Shown: positions 38,142 through 50,807 of the stretch, piece by piece
Layout: each line of letters opens with the position of its first letter
How positions within the stretch are numbered: the first letter of the stretch is position 1
Assembly: GCA_026003195.1 (NCBI GenBank)
Contig: BPGU01000004.1
Location: 70,317 to 134,316, forward strand
Reading direction: 5' to 3'
Origin: Armatimonadota bacterium
GTDB lineage: Bacteria; Armatimonadota; HRBIN16
Length of the DNA: 64,000 bases
Position numbers and translations under genes: made by a program
Notes under the pieces: model-generated
Databases searched by the model: none
Seen by the model: the letters and a program-made list of their open reading frames with translations, nothing else
What the model was told of the DNA's origin: nothing

Positions 38142-38420
38142 TCAGAACAGCCTGAGCGCTCGTGTGACCCACGAGAGCAGAGCGTCCAGTACTCCAATAT
38201 ACACACTCATCAGCGCGATAAATCCCAGCACAATCAAGGTAGAGCGAACAATCTGTTCGCGCGTGGGCCACTCACAACGTTTCAGTTCTATCCATACGTC
38301 ATTCAGAAAGCGACGGATGCGCTCGAAGCTGGGTGTTTTCCGAATCGGAGGCTTGCCCGCTCCCGAACTGGCGGGCTTTGCCCGTTCCGCTTCTTTGGTT
38401 TTCGTTTTCGCTATGCCCAT
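38142..38420 (-). CDS. secE: Preprotein translocase subunit SecE
   Basis: 'ELKRCEWP' plus a single TM; lies between tRNA-Trp and nusG; start uncertain. Confidence 0.93.
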   Translation of the reverse strand: MGIAKTKTKEAERAKPASSGAGKPPIRKTPSFERIRRFLNDVWIELKRCEWPTREQIVRSTLIVLGFIALMSVYIGVLDALLSWVTRALRLF

Positions 38421-38459
38421 CACGGTGTTCTCTCTCAACGTTCCGATTTGACAGACAAA

Positions 38460-38536
38460 TGGCAGGGGTGGAGGGATTCGAACCCCCGACCGCCGGTTTT
38501 GGAGACCGGTGCTCTACCAGGCTGAGCTACACCCCT
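38460..38536 (-). tRNA. trnW: tRNA-Trp(CCA)
   Basis: AGGGGTG acceptor, anticodon loop CTCCAAA, GGTTCGAATCC, encoded CCA. Confidence 0.97.
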
Positions 38537-38570
38537 GCACAGGTAGCGCAGGTTGCCCTGCGCTGATCCA

Positions 38571-38741
38571 TTACTTCACCTCACGGTGCACCACATGGTG
38601 GCGGCAGCGTGGGCAGTACTTGCGCAACTCCAGCCGGTCCGGATCGTTAATCCGGTTCTTGGTGGTGGTGTAGTTGCGCGAGCGACACTCTGTGCAAGCC
38701 AGCGTGATGATTATCCGGTTTTCTTTGTTCTTGCTCGCCAT
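38571..38741 (-). CDS. rpmG: 50S ribosomal protein L33 (Zn-binding C+ type); not in the ORF track
   Basis: [56 protein letters not shown]. Confidence 0.97.
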   Translation of the reverse strand: MASKNKENRIIITLACTECRSRNYTTTKNRINDPDRLELRKYCPRCRHHVVHREVK

Positions 38742-38756
38742 CGCTATTCCCTGCTC

Positions 38757-39959
38757 TTACTCGATAATCTTGGTGACCACGCCTGCGCCCACCGTGTGAC
38801 CACCTTCACGCACCGCAAAGCGCAAGCCCTCCTCCATCGCTATCGGGGCGATCAACTCCACCTCTATCCGCACGTTGTCCCCGGGCATCACCATCTCCAC
38901 ACCCTCCGGCAACTTCATCGTGCCCGTCACGTCCGTCGTGCGGAAGTAAAACTGCGGACGATAACCGCTGAAAAACGGCGTGTGGCGACCGCCCTCCTCC
39001 TTCGTCAACACGTATATCTCCGCCGCAAACTTCGTGTGAGGTGTGATGCTGCCCGGCTTCGCCAACACCATCCCACGCTCCACTTCCTTGCGGTCTACCC
39101 CACGCAGCAACACCCCTGCGTTGTCCCCTGCCTGTATCTGATCCAACGTCTTGCGGAACATCTCCAACGAGGTCGCTACCGTCGTGCGCGTCTCCGGGTG
39201 CAAGCCCACTATCTCCACCTGCTCCCCTACACGCAATACCCCACGCTCGACACGACCCGTCACCACCGTGCCACGACCCGTAATCGTGAACACGTCCTCT
39301 ATCGGCATCAGGAACGGCTTGTCTACGTCACGCTGAGGCGTCGGAATATACGTGTCGATCGCCTCAATCAACTGCCAAATCTTCTGAACCCAGGGATCAC
39401 TCTTGTCCACGTCCGGTGCCTCTATCACCTTCAACGCACTGCCACTAATCACCGGAACCTCGTCCCCAGGAAAACCATACTTGCTCAGTAACTCCCGAAC
39501 CTCTAACTCCACTAACTCCAGAAGCTCGGGGTCATCTACCATGTCCTCCTTGTTCAGAAAAACCACAATATACGGCACCCCAACCTGACGAGCCAGCAAA
39601 ATGTGCTCCCGCGTCTGGGGCATCGGACCATCCGCCGCCGACACCACCAAAACCGCTCCGTCCATCTGCGCCGCGCCCGTAATCATGTTCTTGATGTAGT
39701 CCGCGTGACCCGGACAGTCCACGTGCGCATAGTGGCGATTGGGCGTCTGATACTCCGCATGGTAAATGTTAATCGTTACCCCACGCTCCCGCTCCTCCGG
39801 AGCCGAGTCGATGCGCTCATACGGCTGGTATTCCGCCAAACCCTCTTTCGCCAAAACGCGCGTGATGGCAGCCGTCAACGTGGTCTTGCCGTGATCCACG
39901 TGACCAATCGTGCCGATGTTCACATGCGGCTTCGTGCGCTCAAATCGCTGCTTGCCCAT
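38757..39959 (-). CDS. tuf: Elongation factor Tu
   Basis: [20 protein letters not shown], full-length EF-Tu. Confidence 0.99.
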   Translation of the reverse strand: MGKQRFERTKPHVNIGTIGHVDHGKTTLTAAITRVLAKEGLAEYQPYERIDSAPEERERGVTINIYHAEYQTPNRHYAHVDCPGHADYIKNMITGAAQMDGAVLVVSAADGPMPQTREHILLARQVGVPYIVVFLNKEDMVDDPELLELVELEVRELLSKYGFPGDEVPVISGSALKVIEAPDVDKSDPWVQKIWQLIEAIDTYIPTPQRDVDKPFLMPIEDVFTITGRGTVVTGRVERGVLRVGEQVEIVGLHPETRTTVATSLEMFRKTLDQIQAGDNAGVLLRGVDRKEVERGMVLAKPGSITPHTKFAAEIYVLTKEEGGRHTPFFSGYRPQFYFRTTDVTGTMKLPEGVEMVMPGDNVRIEVELIAPIAMEEGLRFAVREGGHTVGAGVVTKIIE

Positions 39960-40047
39960 TGAGTCCTAACCTCCCAATCGTTTTGAACAGGGGCTGTCCG
40001 CGCGTGCACGGGTGCGGCACCGGAGCAGCCGATGGTTTCGCCTTTCC

Positions 40048-40122
40048 TGGAGCCCCCGACGGGACTCGGACCCGTGACCTCGTCTTTACCAAAGACGCGC
40101 TCTCCCTCTGAGCTACGGGGGC
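40048..40122 (-). tRNA. trnT: tRNA-Thr(GGT)
   Basis: GCCCCCG acceptor, anticodon loop TTGGTAA, T-arm GGTCCGAGTCC, encoded CCA. Confidence 0.93.
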
Positions 40123-40174
40123 TCACGTTACAACATACCGCTTCCTGCTATGCTTCTTTCGGATAGTTTGGGAA

Positions 40175-40261
40175 TGGTGGGGGGAGGAGGATTCGAACCC
40201 CCGAAGGCATTCCGCCGGCAGATTTACAGTCTGCTCCCTTTGGCCGCTCGGGCATCCCCCC
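40175..40261 (-). tRNA. trnY: tRNA-Tyr(GTA)
   Basis: Anticodon loop CTGTAAA, long variable arm, GGTTCGAATCC, encoded CCA. Confidence 0.97.
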
Positions 40262-40292
40262 ACGCACATAGCAGGCGGAGTTTGCACCATGT

Positions 40293-40322
40293 AATATACA
40301 TCATGCCATTGCTATTTGTCAA
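40293..40322 (-). promoter_or_regulatory. Sigma70 promoter of the tRNA-tuf operon
   Basis: TTGACA-18-TATATT on the minus strand. Confidence 0.7.
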
Positions 40323-40351
40323 GGGGAGCAACGGGTGCACGCAAACGACTC

Positions 40352-41848
40352 TCAAAAACTCTGTCCCAGCGTGACGTAGGTAAACACCTTGCGTCTGCCC
40401 GCTGCGATGTCCAGCCGAATCGCACCAAGTGGACTGAAAAAGCGCACCCCCACGCCTGCGCCGGCGTTCAGGCGAATACTATCGCCCCGTTTCCATGCGT
40501 CGCCTGCATCGAGGAAGAGCACTCCCTGGATACCCTCCAGCACGGGGAAGCGCACCTCCCCGCTGAATAGCACCATTCGGTCGCCGCGAAACTCGTCGAA
40601 CTCGTAGCCGCGCAGGTCGAAACCGCCCAGCCAGAAGCTTTCGGACAGAGGCAAATCTTTCGTGGCGAATCCAGCCACTGCACGCAGGGCGAGCGTGCCT
40701 TCCTGGAGAGCACGCCAGTAGCCACGCACGTCCAGCGTGGCGCGGTCAAAGGCAAAGTCTCCGCCCCACGAGCGCTGAGCCGATTCCCACCCACCAGAGA
40801 CGAAGATGCCTCGACGGGGATCCATCCGGTTATCGCGCGAATCGTACTCCAGCTGGACGCCGGGCGCAACCACCCGTCCGCGGTTCAGTACCTTCTGCCC
40901 GAAAGAGAGCAGGTAGGGTGGCGCATCATCGTAATCCACCTCGTCGTTGCGGAAAGTAGCCATGATCTGCAGGCGGTCACTCCACTGTTTGCCCAGCAAC
41001 AGCGTGTACCCTCGCCGTTTTTCGAAAGTGCGCAGGGTCACGTCGGTTTGGGAGAAGCTGGGACGGAATACGGATTGCAGGTTGTATGCCGCGATACCCA
41101 CTATCAGTCCCCAATCGGTCAGGTAGGGGTCTGTGTAACGGAGCAGATATGCCTGGCGCTGCTCGCCCTCTTCGGGACCGCCGTCGTAGAAAAAGGTGCC
41201 ACGCTGCCATTGCAGCTGCAGGCTCTGACCACCTCCCAGCAGGTTGGAGTCCGAGAACTGCACATAGCCCAGCCATCCCCGCCGTGAGGTATAGCCCACC
41301 GCTGCTGCCAGCTGAGCGGTGTTCAGCTCGTCTACGATGATGTTCACCAGCACCTGTCCCAGTTCGTCAGCGGGTTCGGGTGCGACCTGCACCTCCTTCA
41401 GATAAGGCAGCCTTCCCAAACGCTCACGCTCGCGCTGTAGTTTGGGCAGCGAGTAAATCTCGCCCGGGCGCAGCTGCAGGTTGCGCAAGATGGCACTGCT
41501 GCGGGTACGCCGATTGCCCGTGACGCGCACCCCGCGGATCAGTCCCTCCGCGATACGCACAACCAGTGTGCCGTCCGGCTGCCGTTCCAGCCCGACCACT
41601 CGCGCAAGCGGATAGCCCTTCTGCTCATACAGCTTCTGAATAGCCTCCGCGTCCTGACGCAACCGCTCCTCATCGAACGCACTGCCGACCCGGGTCTGCA
41701 TCACCGAGAGAATCTCCTCTGCGGGCAGCACCGTCGATCCGTCGGCGTGGGAACCGTACAAGCGGATAGCGGTCACCGTTTGTGGCTGAGCAAGAGCCGC
41801 GGTGGCGAGAACGAAAACCGCGATAAAAGCCATCCAGCACCGAAACAT
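40352..41848 (-). CDS. BamA/TamA (Omp85) family outer membrane protein with about 2 POTRA domains
   Basis: Signal peptide, POTRA 'VTGNRRT', 'GGFDLRGY', 'GVGVRFFSPLGAIRLD', terminal Phe. Confidence 0.92.
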   Translation of the reverse strand: MFRCWMAFIAVFVLATAALAQPQTVTAIRLYGSHADGSTVLPAEEILSVMQTRVGSAFDEERLRQDAEAIQKLYEQKGYPLARVVGLERQPDGTLVVRIAEGLIRGVRVTGNRRTRSSAILRNLQLRPGEIYSLPKLQRERERLGRLPYLKEVQVAPEPADELGQVLVNIIVDELNTAQLAAAVGYTSRRGWLGYVQFSDSNLLGGGQSLQLQWQRGTFFYDGGPEEGEQRQAYLLRYTDPYLTDWGLIVGIAAYNLQSVFRPSFSQTDVTLRTFEKRRGYTLLLGKQWSDRLQIMATFRNDEVDYDDAPPYLLSFGQKVLNRGRVVAPGVQLEYDSRDNRMDPRRGIFVSGGWESAQRSWGGDFAFDRATLDVRGYWRALQEGTLALRAVAGFATKDLPLSESFWLGGFDLRGYEFDEFRGDRMVLFSGEVRFPVLEGIQGVLFLDAGDAWKRGDSIRLNAGAGVGVRFFSPLGAIRLDIAAGRRKVFTYVTLGQSF

Positions 41849-41868
41849 GCGAGGCAACCTCCTTGGTT

Positions 41869-42288
41869 TCAGTATAATACCTTGCCGATGATACTGCTCA
41901 GAGGAATAGGACCGAATGTACGACTGTCCTCCGATACCTCCAGGTTATCACCGACTACGTAAATATGGTTGGCGGGCACACGGGTACCATCTGGGGCGGT
42001 TTCGTAGGGCAAAGCCACCACCCGTTTCACCAGCAGCTGCCCCTCGCGCGTAAACACCACCACATCACCTCGTTTCAAGGCACCGAACAACAGCCCCCCC
42101 TTGCCCACCAGGATCACCTGTCCATCGTGAAAAGTCGGCTCCATCGATTTGCCTCTGACCACCGACAGAGTGAAAAAGTTGTGATAGAGGAAGGCGATAA
42201 TCAAAAAGACAAATAAAGCTACGGCTTGTCTCAACCAGCGTTGTTGTTTCGCCGTCTGTTCCGGTTTCGCGGCGGGTTCGGGTTGCAT
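41869..42288 (-). CDS. lepB: Signal peptidase I (S26), compact form
   Basis: GKSMEPT (Ser), LVKRV (Lys), 'GDNLEVSEDSRTFG'; GGAGG RBS. Confidence 0.88.
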   Translation of the reverse strand: MQPEPAAKPEQTAKQQRWLRQAVALFVFLIIAFLYHNFFTLSVVRGKSMEPTFHDGQVILVGKGGLLFGALKRGDVVVFTREGQLLVKRVVALPYETAPDGTRVPANHIYVVGDNLEVSEDSRTFGPIPLSSIIGKVLY

Positions 42289-42368
42289 GGCGGAGCCTCC
42301 CTTTGTGCGAATGGTTTCGTCTTGAGTATACTCTTTGAGGACAGCGCATTCAAGAGGAGGTCGGTAGC

Positions 42369-42878
42369 ATGTCCCTGTGGCAGGGAGTGCTGGAGAGTGT
42401 CGGACAAAATGTACAGGCATGGCTGACGGCGTGCCTGCTTCTGCAACTGTTGTGGGCGCTGGTGCTGGCACTGGTGCTGGTACGGGTGCGCACGCTCAGC
42501 AGGCGTCTGCACCGGTTGACAGCAGGCGCGACAGGAGCAAGTTTGGAAAGGGTGTTGATGGACCATCTTGCCCGGGTGGAAGAGGTGGATACCCGTCAGA
42601 GACAGGTGGAACAGCGGGTTTCTGCGCTGGAGGGGCGGATACCTCTGTGCGTGCAGCATGTGGGACTGGTGCGTTACGATGCCTTTGAGGATGTCGGGGG
42701 GCAGCAGAGTTTTTCGCTGGCGATGCTGGACGCCCAGCAAAACGGTATCATCCTGACGAGCGTTTACAGTCGTTCGGATGTGCGTGTCTACGCCAAGTCC
42801 GTGCGGCAGGGGCAACCCTCTCACCCGCTAAGCGAAGAAGAACTGCAGGCATTGCGCAACGCACTCTCTTCCACATGA
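42369..42878 (+). CDS. DUF4446-family membrane-anchored protein
   Basis: TM, coiled coil, 'VRYDAFEDVGGQQSFS', 'YAKSV', 'LSEEE'. Confidence 0.85.
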   Translation: MSLWQGVLESVGQNVQAWLTACLLLQLLWALVLALVLVRVRTLSRRLHRLTAGATGASLERVLMDHLARVEEVDTRQRQVEQRVSALEGRIPLCVQHVGLVRYDAFEDVGGQQSFSLAMLDAQQNGIILTSVYSRSDVRVYAKSVRQGQPSHPLSEEELQALRNALSST

Positions 42879-42888
42879 GAGGTACACG

Positions 42889-43476
42889 ATGACGTCTTCC
42901 GAGGATCGCCAGCTGATTGAGCGATGCCGTAGCGGCGACCGCGAAGCCTTTGACGAGCTGGTGCGCCGCTACGAGAGGCAAGCGTACAACCTGGCTTACC
43001 GCCTGTCGGGCAACTATGACGATGCCAGCGATGTGGTGGTGGAAGCCTTCGTGCGCGTCTTTCAGGGGTTGCACACCTTTCGCGGCGAAGCCCATTTCGG
43101 CACATGGCTACATCGGGTGGTAGTCAACACCTTTCTGGATATGCGCAAGCGGTCGAAGGGACGCCAGAATGTGTCGTTAGAGGAGCAGCTGGAGCTGGAC
43201 GGCGATACCCTGACGCGCCAGATAGAGGACACTGCGCCGGGTCCCGAGGAACTGGTGGAGAAGGAGGAACGCGAAGAGGTTTTGCAGCGGGCGATTGCGC
43301 AGCTCCCCCCGGAACGTCGTATCCTCATCGTGTTGTACCACTTCGAGAACCTCTCCTACGAAGAGATTGCACAGATGTTGAACCTGCCGGTGGGCACGGT
43401 CAAAAGCCGCCTCAACCGCGCCCGGCTGGCGCTGCGTGAGATTCTGGAACCCTCGCGGGAACTTTTCGGAAGATAG
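42889..43476 (+). CDS. ECF sigma factor
   Basis: 'GDREAFDELV', 'FGTWLHRV', 'SYEEIA..LNLPVGTVKSRLNRAR'. Confidence 0.95.
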   Translation: MTSSEDRQLIERCRSGDREAFDELVRRYERQAYNLAYRLSGNYDDASDVVVEAFVRVFQGLHTFRGEAHFGTWLHRVVVNTFLDMRKRSKGRQNVSLEEQLELDGDTLTRQIEDTAPGPEELVEKEEREEVLQRAIAQLPPERRILIVLYHFENLSYEEIAQMLNLPVGTVKSRLNRARLALREILEPSRELFGR

Positions 43477-43518
43477 AGTCGTCAAACGCAACGAAGAGCC
43501 TGCCGGCGAAAGAATGGT

Positions 43519-44415
43519 GTGAGAACCATGCATTGTGAACAGTTTCGGGAATGGATATCGGCATACATCGAGCGGAGCATCACACCTCCTCTGGCGGCGA
43601 AGATGGAGGAGCACGCTGCCAGTTGTCCGTCCTGCCGCGCCGAGCTGGAAGACGTTCGGGCACTGTGGCAGATGATGGCGGAGGTACAGCGCGTGGAACC
43701 GCCAGCTTCCCTGCACTCCCGCATCATGCAGGAGGTGCATGCGAGGGTGCCAGCCGCACCCGCCCTGCGCTGGTGGGAACTGGCATGGCGCCCGCGATTC
43801 GCTTTTGCAGCGGCAGCAGTTCTGGCGGTGATAGCGCTGGTGTTCTGGTCTTACAGCGTGCAGACAGATGCTATCGCTTTGAGCGTGGTGTCCAGTGGTG
43901 GCAGCCCGGTGACGCCAGTGAAAACCAGTATCCTGCCTCTGCGCTTCGAGCCGTTCCGGGCGGAGCGGGGAGACCTGCGCTGGATGCTGAAACTGAACGC
44001 TCTCCAGCCTACATTGGTGGAGATTACAGCAGGAACACAGACCGTGTGGAGCGGACTCGTTGCCAAAGAGATGCCGGTGGTATTGCCCATGTCGCCAGAC
44101 ACCTCTGTGCTGGAGGTTCGCGTGACGTGGGACAACGGCAGTGTGCTGCGTGCGTGGCTGCCTGCGGAGCTTTTGTCACCAGACCCCAAGCCTGTGCTGG
44201 TGTTGAAAGAAAAAACGGTGGAGGAGACGCTTTCGCACATCGCCCGGGCATACAGGGTGCCTCTGGTGCTTGTGGGTGAGGCAGACCCGCTGACGCGCGT
44301 GAACTTGAGGTCTACCGGCGTGGCACTGGACGAGATGTTACGCAAAGTGGCGGCGGAACTGAAACTGGAGATTTCGCGTGCCGAGGACGGCACCACTGTC
44401 TTAACTGCCCGATAA
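43519..44415 (+). CDS. Zinc-binding (zf-HC2) membrane anti-sigma factor
   Basis: C...HAASCPSC, one TM, extracytoplasmic C-terminus; directly follows the ECF gene. Confidence 0.88.
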   Translation: MRTMHCEQFREWISAYIERSITPPLAAKMEEHAASCPSCRAELEDVRALWQMMAEVQRVEPPASLHSRIMQEVHARVPAAPALRWWELAWRPRFAFAAAAVLAVIALVFWSYSVQTDAIALSVVSSGGSPVTPVKTSILPLRFEPFRAERGDLRWMLKLNALQPTLVEITAGTQTVWSGLVAKEMPVVLPMSPDTSVLEVRVTWDNGSVLRAWLPAELLSPDPKPVLVLKEKTVEETLSHIARAYRVPLVLVGEADPLTRVNLRSTGVALDEMLRKVAAELKLEISRAEDGTTVLTAR

Positions 44416-44438
44416 CCCCATCCCGTCCGCCCTACCCG

Positions 44439-44476
44439 AACACACCGTCCCGTCACCCCGCGGGGCGGTGTGTTTG
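44439..44476 (+). terminator. Hairpin terminator after the anti-sigma gene
   Basis: AACACACCGTCCCG pairs with CGGGGCGGTGTGTT, followed by T residues. Confidence 0.6.
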
Positions 44477-44601
44477 TCTTGCAATACTCCCAATCTCCCT
44501 TGACCTGCACCAAAAATGTGTTATCCTATATAAGGGCGATGTGGCGCATCGCTCTGTTCGCCGACAGGCGACGCAAAACTCTCTATGACGGGTGGAAGGA
44601 T

Positions 44602-47280
<2,679 letters not shown>

Positions 47281-47298
47281 GCAAGAGTGCAACTCACC

Positions 47299-47329
47299 CT
47301 CTCCCCTCTCCCACACGGAGAGGGGAGAG
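47299..47329. terminator. Perfect hairpin between convergent genes (terminator or REP-like)
   Basis: CTCTCCCCTCTC-CCACACG-GAGAGGGGAGAG. Confidence 0.6.
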
Positions 47330-47404
47330 AACCTCCCTCCTACGCTGGAGTGAAGGCAATGTGAGAGTTTCCCCCCTGGATGGTGCTCTGGAAACAAGGA
47401 GAAG

Positions 47405-49738
47405 CTACTCGTCTCCCACCATACCGAAGTGGGCTACCAGCCAGCTGAAGTCCCACAGGCTGACCTCGCCGTCGCCGTCCAGGTCGGCATCGATGTCGTA
47501 GCCTTCTTCACCGGCGAATCTGCCAAACGCCGCCACCATCCTGCCGAAGTCCAACAGGGTGACCTCGTTATCGCCGTCCACGTCACCAATCAGCAGAGAC
47601 ACAGGCTTTGGTGACCACCCCCCAGAAATCTCCGAGACCAGCACAGTGTGCTTCAGAAAGGGACTGCCCCCGATGGTGAGACGGAGGCTGGCAGGGTCTC
47701 TATCGGCAGGGATGGGCAGGGTAAATGTGCCTGTCGCCAGGTCAGGCACATTGGTCACGTGCAGTGTACCCTCGTCCAGCACCTCAGCCGTCAACGCATC
47801 GCGCAGGGTGTAGCGCAGATGTTCGGGGAACAGCCCGCACCATCCGTTCAATACCACTGTGCCCGATACCCCGACCTTATCAGAGAAACCGCGCTGAATG
47901 ACCGAACCAACAACGACGTAGCGACCGCTGCGAGAGAAGGTCAGGTTGGAAGGGGCACTGCTACCGCGCCAGAGGGTAATCAACCGCGGATGAGGGTCGT
48001 CCCAACGATACAGTATGGTCTCTCGCCAGCTGGATTGACTGCCTCGTGTGGTCATAATGACCTTCGCATCAGGAGACACGCTGACCGAAGCACCTTGCGG
48101 GTCTGTCGGGTCGCGCGACAGGAGGAGGCTGGTGTAGCGCAACAAGTCGCCTGTCGGCAAATCGTACAGGGATACACGATAGATGTTATACACTGCGTCT
48201 ACCAGCACTGTTGCTAACCGTTGACCGTCCTGCACTACCCCGAACCATCGCACGCGAGGAAGTGTGTACAGGATGGCACCGTCCGCGACACGACGCACGG
48301 TCAACACGTCCTCTTGCGTGACCAGTATAGAACCGTCTGGTGTGATGTCGAAGCCGTACGCACTTTGCGCCAGCGTGGAAATGGTACCATCGGCGATACG
48401 GATACGGTGAACCTTGCCCGAGTCGTCCCACACAAAAAGGGCGGAACCGTCTTCGCTCAAACGCATCCTCAGAGGTTCATCGATATCGCTGAGCGGAAAC
48501 AGCGGTATGGTCAGCAAGGGAATGGCAGCACCACTTGCTGGTAGATGGAAAACGGCAATGCCGCCCTCATAACCGCTGTAGACAGCGTAAGTGCTTCCAT
48601 CCCCAGAGATAGCAGCCGCGAAGGGGCGACCTTCAGGCACGTCCACCTGGCGAACGAGGGAGCCGTCCGCACTGGCGTAAAAACGCACGCTCTGCTCATC
48701 CGCAACCGTGACTTGCTCCTCGCTGGAGAGGAAGCCGAGCATCATCGCTCCTTTCGAAGTACGCCACTCATCCAGCACGACGCCCGAGCAAACATCTACC
48801 ACACTTATCCGTGATGGAAAAGATACATAGAGCGTGGCGCCGTCGCCAGAGAAGGCTACTGTCCACACTTCATTTTCTGAGGACCAGGGATAGTTCTCAC
48901 CCGCTATCTGTGCGCCGTCCGTCAATCGCCACAAACGCCATGCACCTTGCTCGTAGTTCAGTCCATACCCACCTGCCAGATAGTTGCCGTCCGGGCTGAA
49001 GCGCAGCGTGGTGAACTCCCATGAGCCGACGTCCGTGAACGTGTACAGCAGCTGTGCATCCGCCACGCGGTAAACATTCACCTGCATGGGCATGGCGAAA
49101 GCGATCCGGTCTCCAGAAGGTGATGCTGCGAGCAAACCGAAGGCGTTCACGCGGAACCGCCGCACCACCTGCCCCCCCGGTAGCGCCCGCACGGTAACCT
49201 CCGTGCTATAGTTGTCCATATATCTTCCTTCAAACAGGTAGCGTCCGTTCGCAGAGAGGGTGACCGTGCTGCGGTAAAGAGGTAGTGTCAGGCTTAAACG
49301 TCGCTGTGGAGGGGTCAGTTCCCACAGCTCAGCGAACTGCTCCCACCTGGCGTATCGATAGACGAGGAGCCATCGTCCGTCCCGCGATGCCTGCAAAAGT
49401 CCGTTGGTCGGGAGGCGATAAACGGGGCGGAAAGAGGGCACATCGCGCAAGACGACTCCTTCAGCGGTATCCAGCGCGATCAGGCGGTTTCCCACGAACA
49501 CAGGTGCCCGCCCGATGAGAACACGCACCAGACGGCGTTCGGACAAACTGTATACGCCTGTTTCGGAAGACCACACGCTGCTAACAGCCATCCACCGGTT
49601 GTCGGGCGAAACCTCGACGTGCGAAGCGGCTGCAGGAGCCTCTTGCAGACGGATCATGCCGTTTTGAGCAAGCGCTGGTAACGCCAGGCACCCCAGAGCC
49701 ACCAAGCCCCACCAGAGGCGCATCAAAAGACACCTCAT
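47405..49738 (-). CDS. Secreted WD40-like beta-propeller protein with C-terminal dockerin-like domain
   Basis: Signal peptide; repeated 'FSPDG/SGDG/SEDG' blades; GDVDGDNEVTLLDF...DLDGDGEVSLWDF..FGMVGDE. Confidence 0.85.
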   Translation of the reverse strand: MRCLLMRLWWGLVALGCLALPALAQNGMIRLQEAPAAASHVEVSPDNRWMAVSSVWSSETGVYSLSERRLVRVLIGRAPVFVGNRLIALDTAEGVVLRDVPSFRPVYRLPTNGLLQASRDGRWLLVYRYARWEQFAELWELTPPQRRLSLTLPLYRSTVTLSANGRYLFEGRYMDNYSTEVTVRALPGGQVVRRFRVNAFGLLAASPSGDRIAFAMPMQVNVYRVADAQLLYTFTDVGSWEFTTLRFSPDGNYLAGGYGLNYEQGAWRLWRLTDGAQIAGENYPWSSENEVWTVAFSGDGATLYVSFPSRISVVDVCSGVVLDEWRTSKGAMMLGFLSSEEQVTVADEQSVRFYASADGSLVRQVDVPEGRPFAAAISGDGSTYAVYSGYEGGIAVFHLPASGAAIPLLTIPLFPLSDIDEPLRMRLSEDGSALFVWDDSGKVHRIRIADGTISTLAQSAYGFDITPDGSILVTQEDVLTVRRVADGAILYTLPRVRWFGVVQDGQRLATVLVDAVYNIYRVSLYDLPTGDLLRYTSLLLSRDPTDPQGASVSVSPDAKVIMTTRGSQSSWRETILYRWDDPHPRLITLWRGSSAPSNLTFSRSGRYVVVGSVIQRGFSDKVGVSGTVVLNGWCGLFPEHLRYTLRDALTAEVLDEGTLHVTNVPDLATGTFTLPIPADRDPASLRLTIGGSPFLKHTVLVSEISGGWSPKPVSLLIGDVDGDNEVTLLDFGRMVAAFGRFAGEEGYDIDADLDGDGEVSLWDFSWLVAHFGMVGDE

Positions 49739-49818
49739 CGGATTTCCCTCCTTTCCAGCAAACTATCCCAATTCTAACTCGCGTTTCCGAAAAAGTCAAA
49801 ACCCCGCAAGAATACCTG

Positions 49819-49847
49819 TTGCACTTTTTGGCACAGGCATTTATACT
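49819..49847 (+). promoter_or_regulatory. Sigma70-type promoter of the second PEP-CTERM gene
   Basis: TTGCAC-17-TATACT. Confidence 0.65.
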
Positions 49848-49889
49848 GAAGGTGTACTTCATGCCGTGCCAGGAAAGGAGGGCAGTATC

Positions 49890-50645
49890 ATGAAGATTCG
49901 TCTGTTTCTGGCGGCAGTTGTGGTGATGGCGCTGGCGACCGTCGCGGCGCAAGCACAGCTGGCATGGTACGATTCGAAGGGCTTCGAGGCACCGACCTTC
50001 GTTCCTGGCGTCCTGAACGGACAGGACGGCTGGATCAGCGAGGGAGGCGGCACCTCCGGGGACACTGCACGAGTGGTTGTCTCCCCCGAACCAGTATTCG
50101 GTGGGCAGGCGGTACGCCTGGAAGTAGGGGACAGCCAGGGCGACTATTCGCTGATGGCGCGTGAAATCCCCGACCCGCTGGCTGCTGGCTGGAAGGTGGT
50201 CATCGTCACCTTCGATATCTACCGCATCGGACCCCAGCAAAAACAGAACCTGTGGTGGTACTGGTTCGATAACGGCGAGCCGACCTACGGCTTGCAGTGG
50301 GACCTGTCGAACGCCACCCATCCGTTTGGCTGGAACCCCGGCGCCACTTCCACTCCCACCATCTTTGACCAGTACGTTACGCTCCAGATGATGTGGGATT
50401 TCAACAAAGGAAAGGCGTACTCCTGGTACAACGGGGTGATGGTGGACAACGGTATCCCCATCAACGGGATCACCACGCTTACCGGCTGGGGCATCTTGCT
50501 GTCTCACGATGCCGCGTCGGGGTCGGGGGCGGATGTGGTTTGGATTGACAACTTCGCCATCCACGTCGTGCCCGAACCGGCGAGCGTCGCGGTGCTGGCG
50601 GGCGGAGTGCTTGCGCTGGTGGGCATCAAACGACGCCGCGCGTAG
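49890..50645 (+). CDS. PEP-CTERM sorting domain protein (lectin/beta-sandwich-like)
   Basis: Signal peptide; 'LNGQDGW', 'WIDNFAI'; VPEPASVAVLAGGVLALVGIKRRRA. Confidence 0.92.
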   Translation: MKIRLFLAAVVVMALATVAAQAQLAWYDSKGFEAPTFVPGVLNGQDGWISEGGGTSGDTARVVVSPEPVFGGQAVRLEVGDSQGDYSLMAREIPDPLAAGWKVVIVTFDIYRIGPQQKQNLWWYWFDNGEPTYGLQWDLSNATHPFGWNPGATSTPTIFDQYVTLQMMWDFNKGKAYSWYNGVMVDNGIPINGITTLTGWGILLSHDAASGSGADVVWIDNFAIHVVPEPASVAVLAGGVLALVGIKRRRA

Positions 50646-50656
50646 CTGGCGCATAG

Positions 50657-50685
50657 GGGGCAGGCAGGGCGTCCTGCCCCTTTTT
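50657..50685 (+). terminator. Intrinsic terminator
   Basis: GGGGCAGG-loop-CCTGCCCC-TTTTT. Confidence 0.85.
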
Positions 50686-50807
50686 CACTCTTCCCAAGAG
50701 AGCGTTCGTTTCTATACACTTGCGAAACGTGAATTTGTTATGGTAATATGAAGATGCTACAGGATTTGTAAGACTACCGTCTCAACCTTGCGAAAGGCGG
50801 TGCAACC

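Noticed and set aside
38757-39959. Distinct base skew in tuf as a sign of horizontal transfer
   Set aside because: Sits in its canonical tRNA-tuf-rpmG-secE context; high expression or tuf gene conversion is the simpler explanation
44533-44580. Fluoride riboswitch upstream of ppdK (GGCGATG start)
   Set aside because: Lacks the downstream conserved pseudoknot/CTRATG elements; kept only as a generic structured leader
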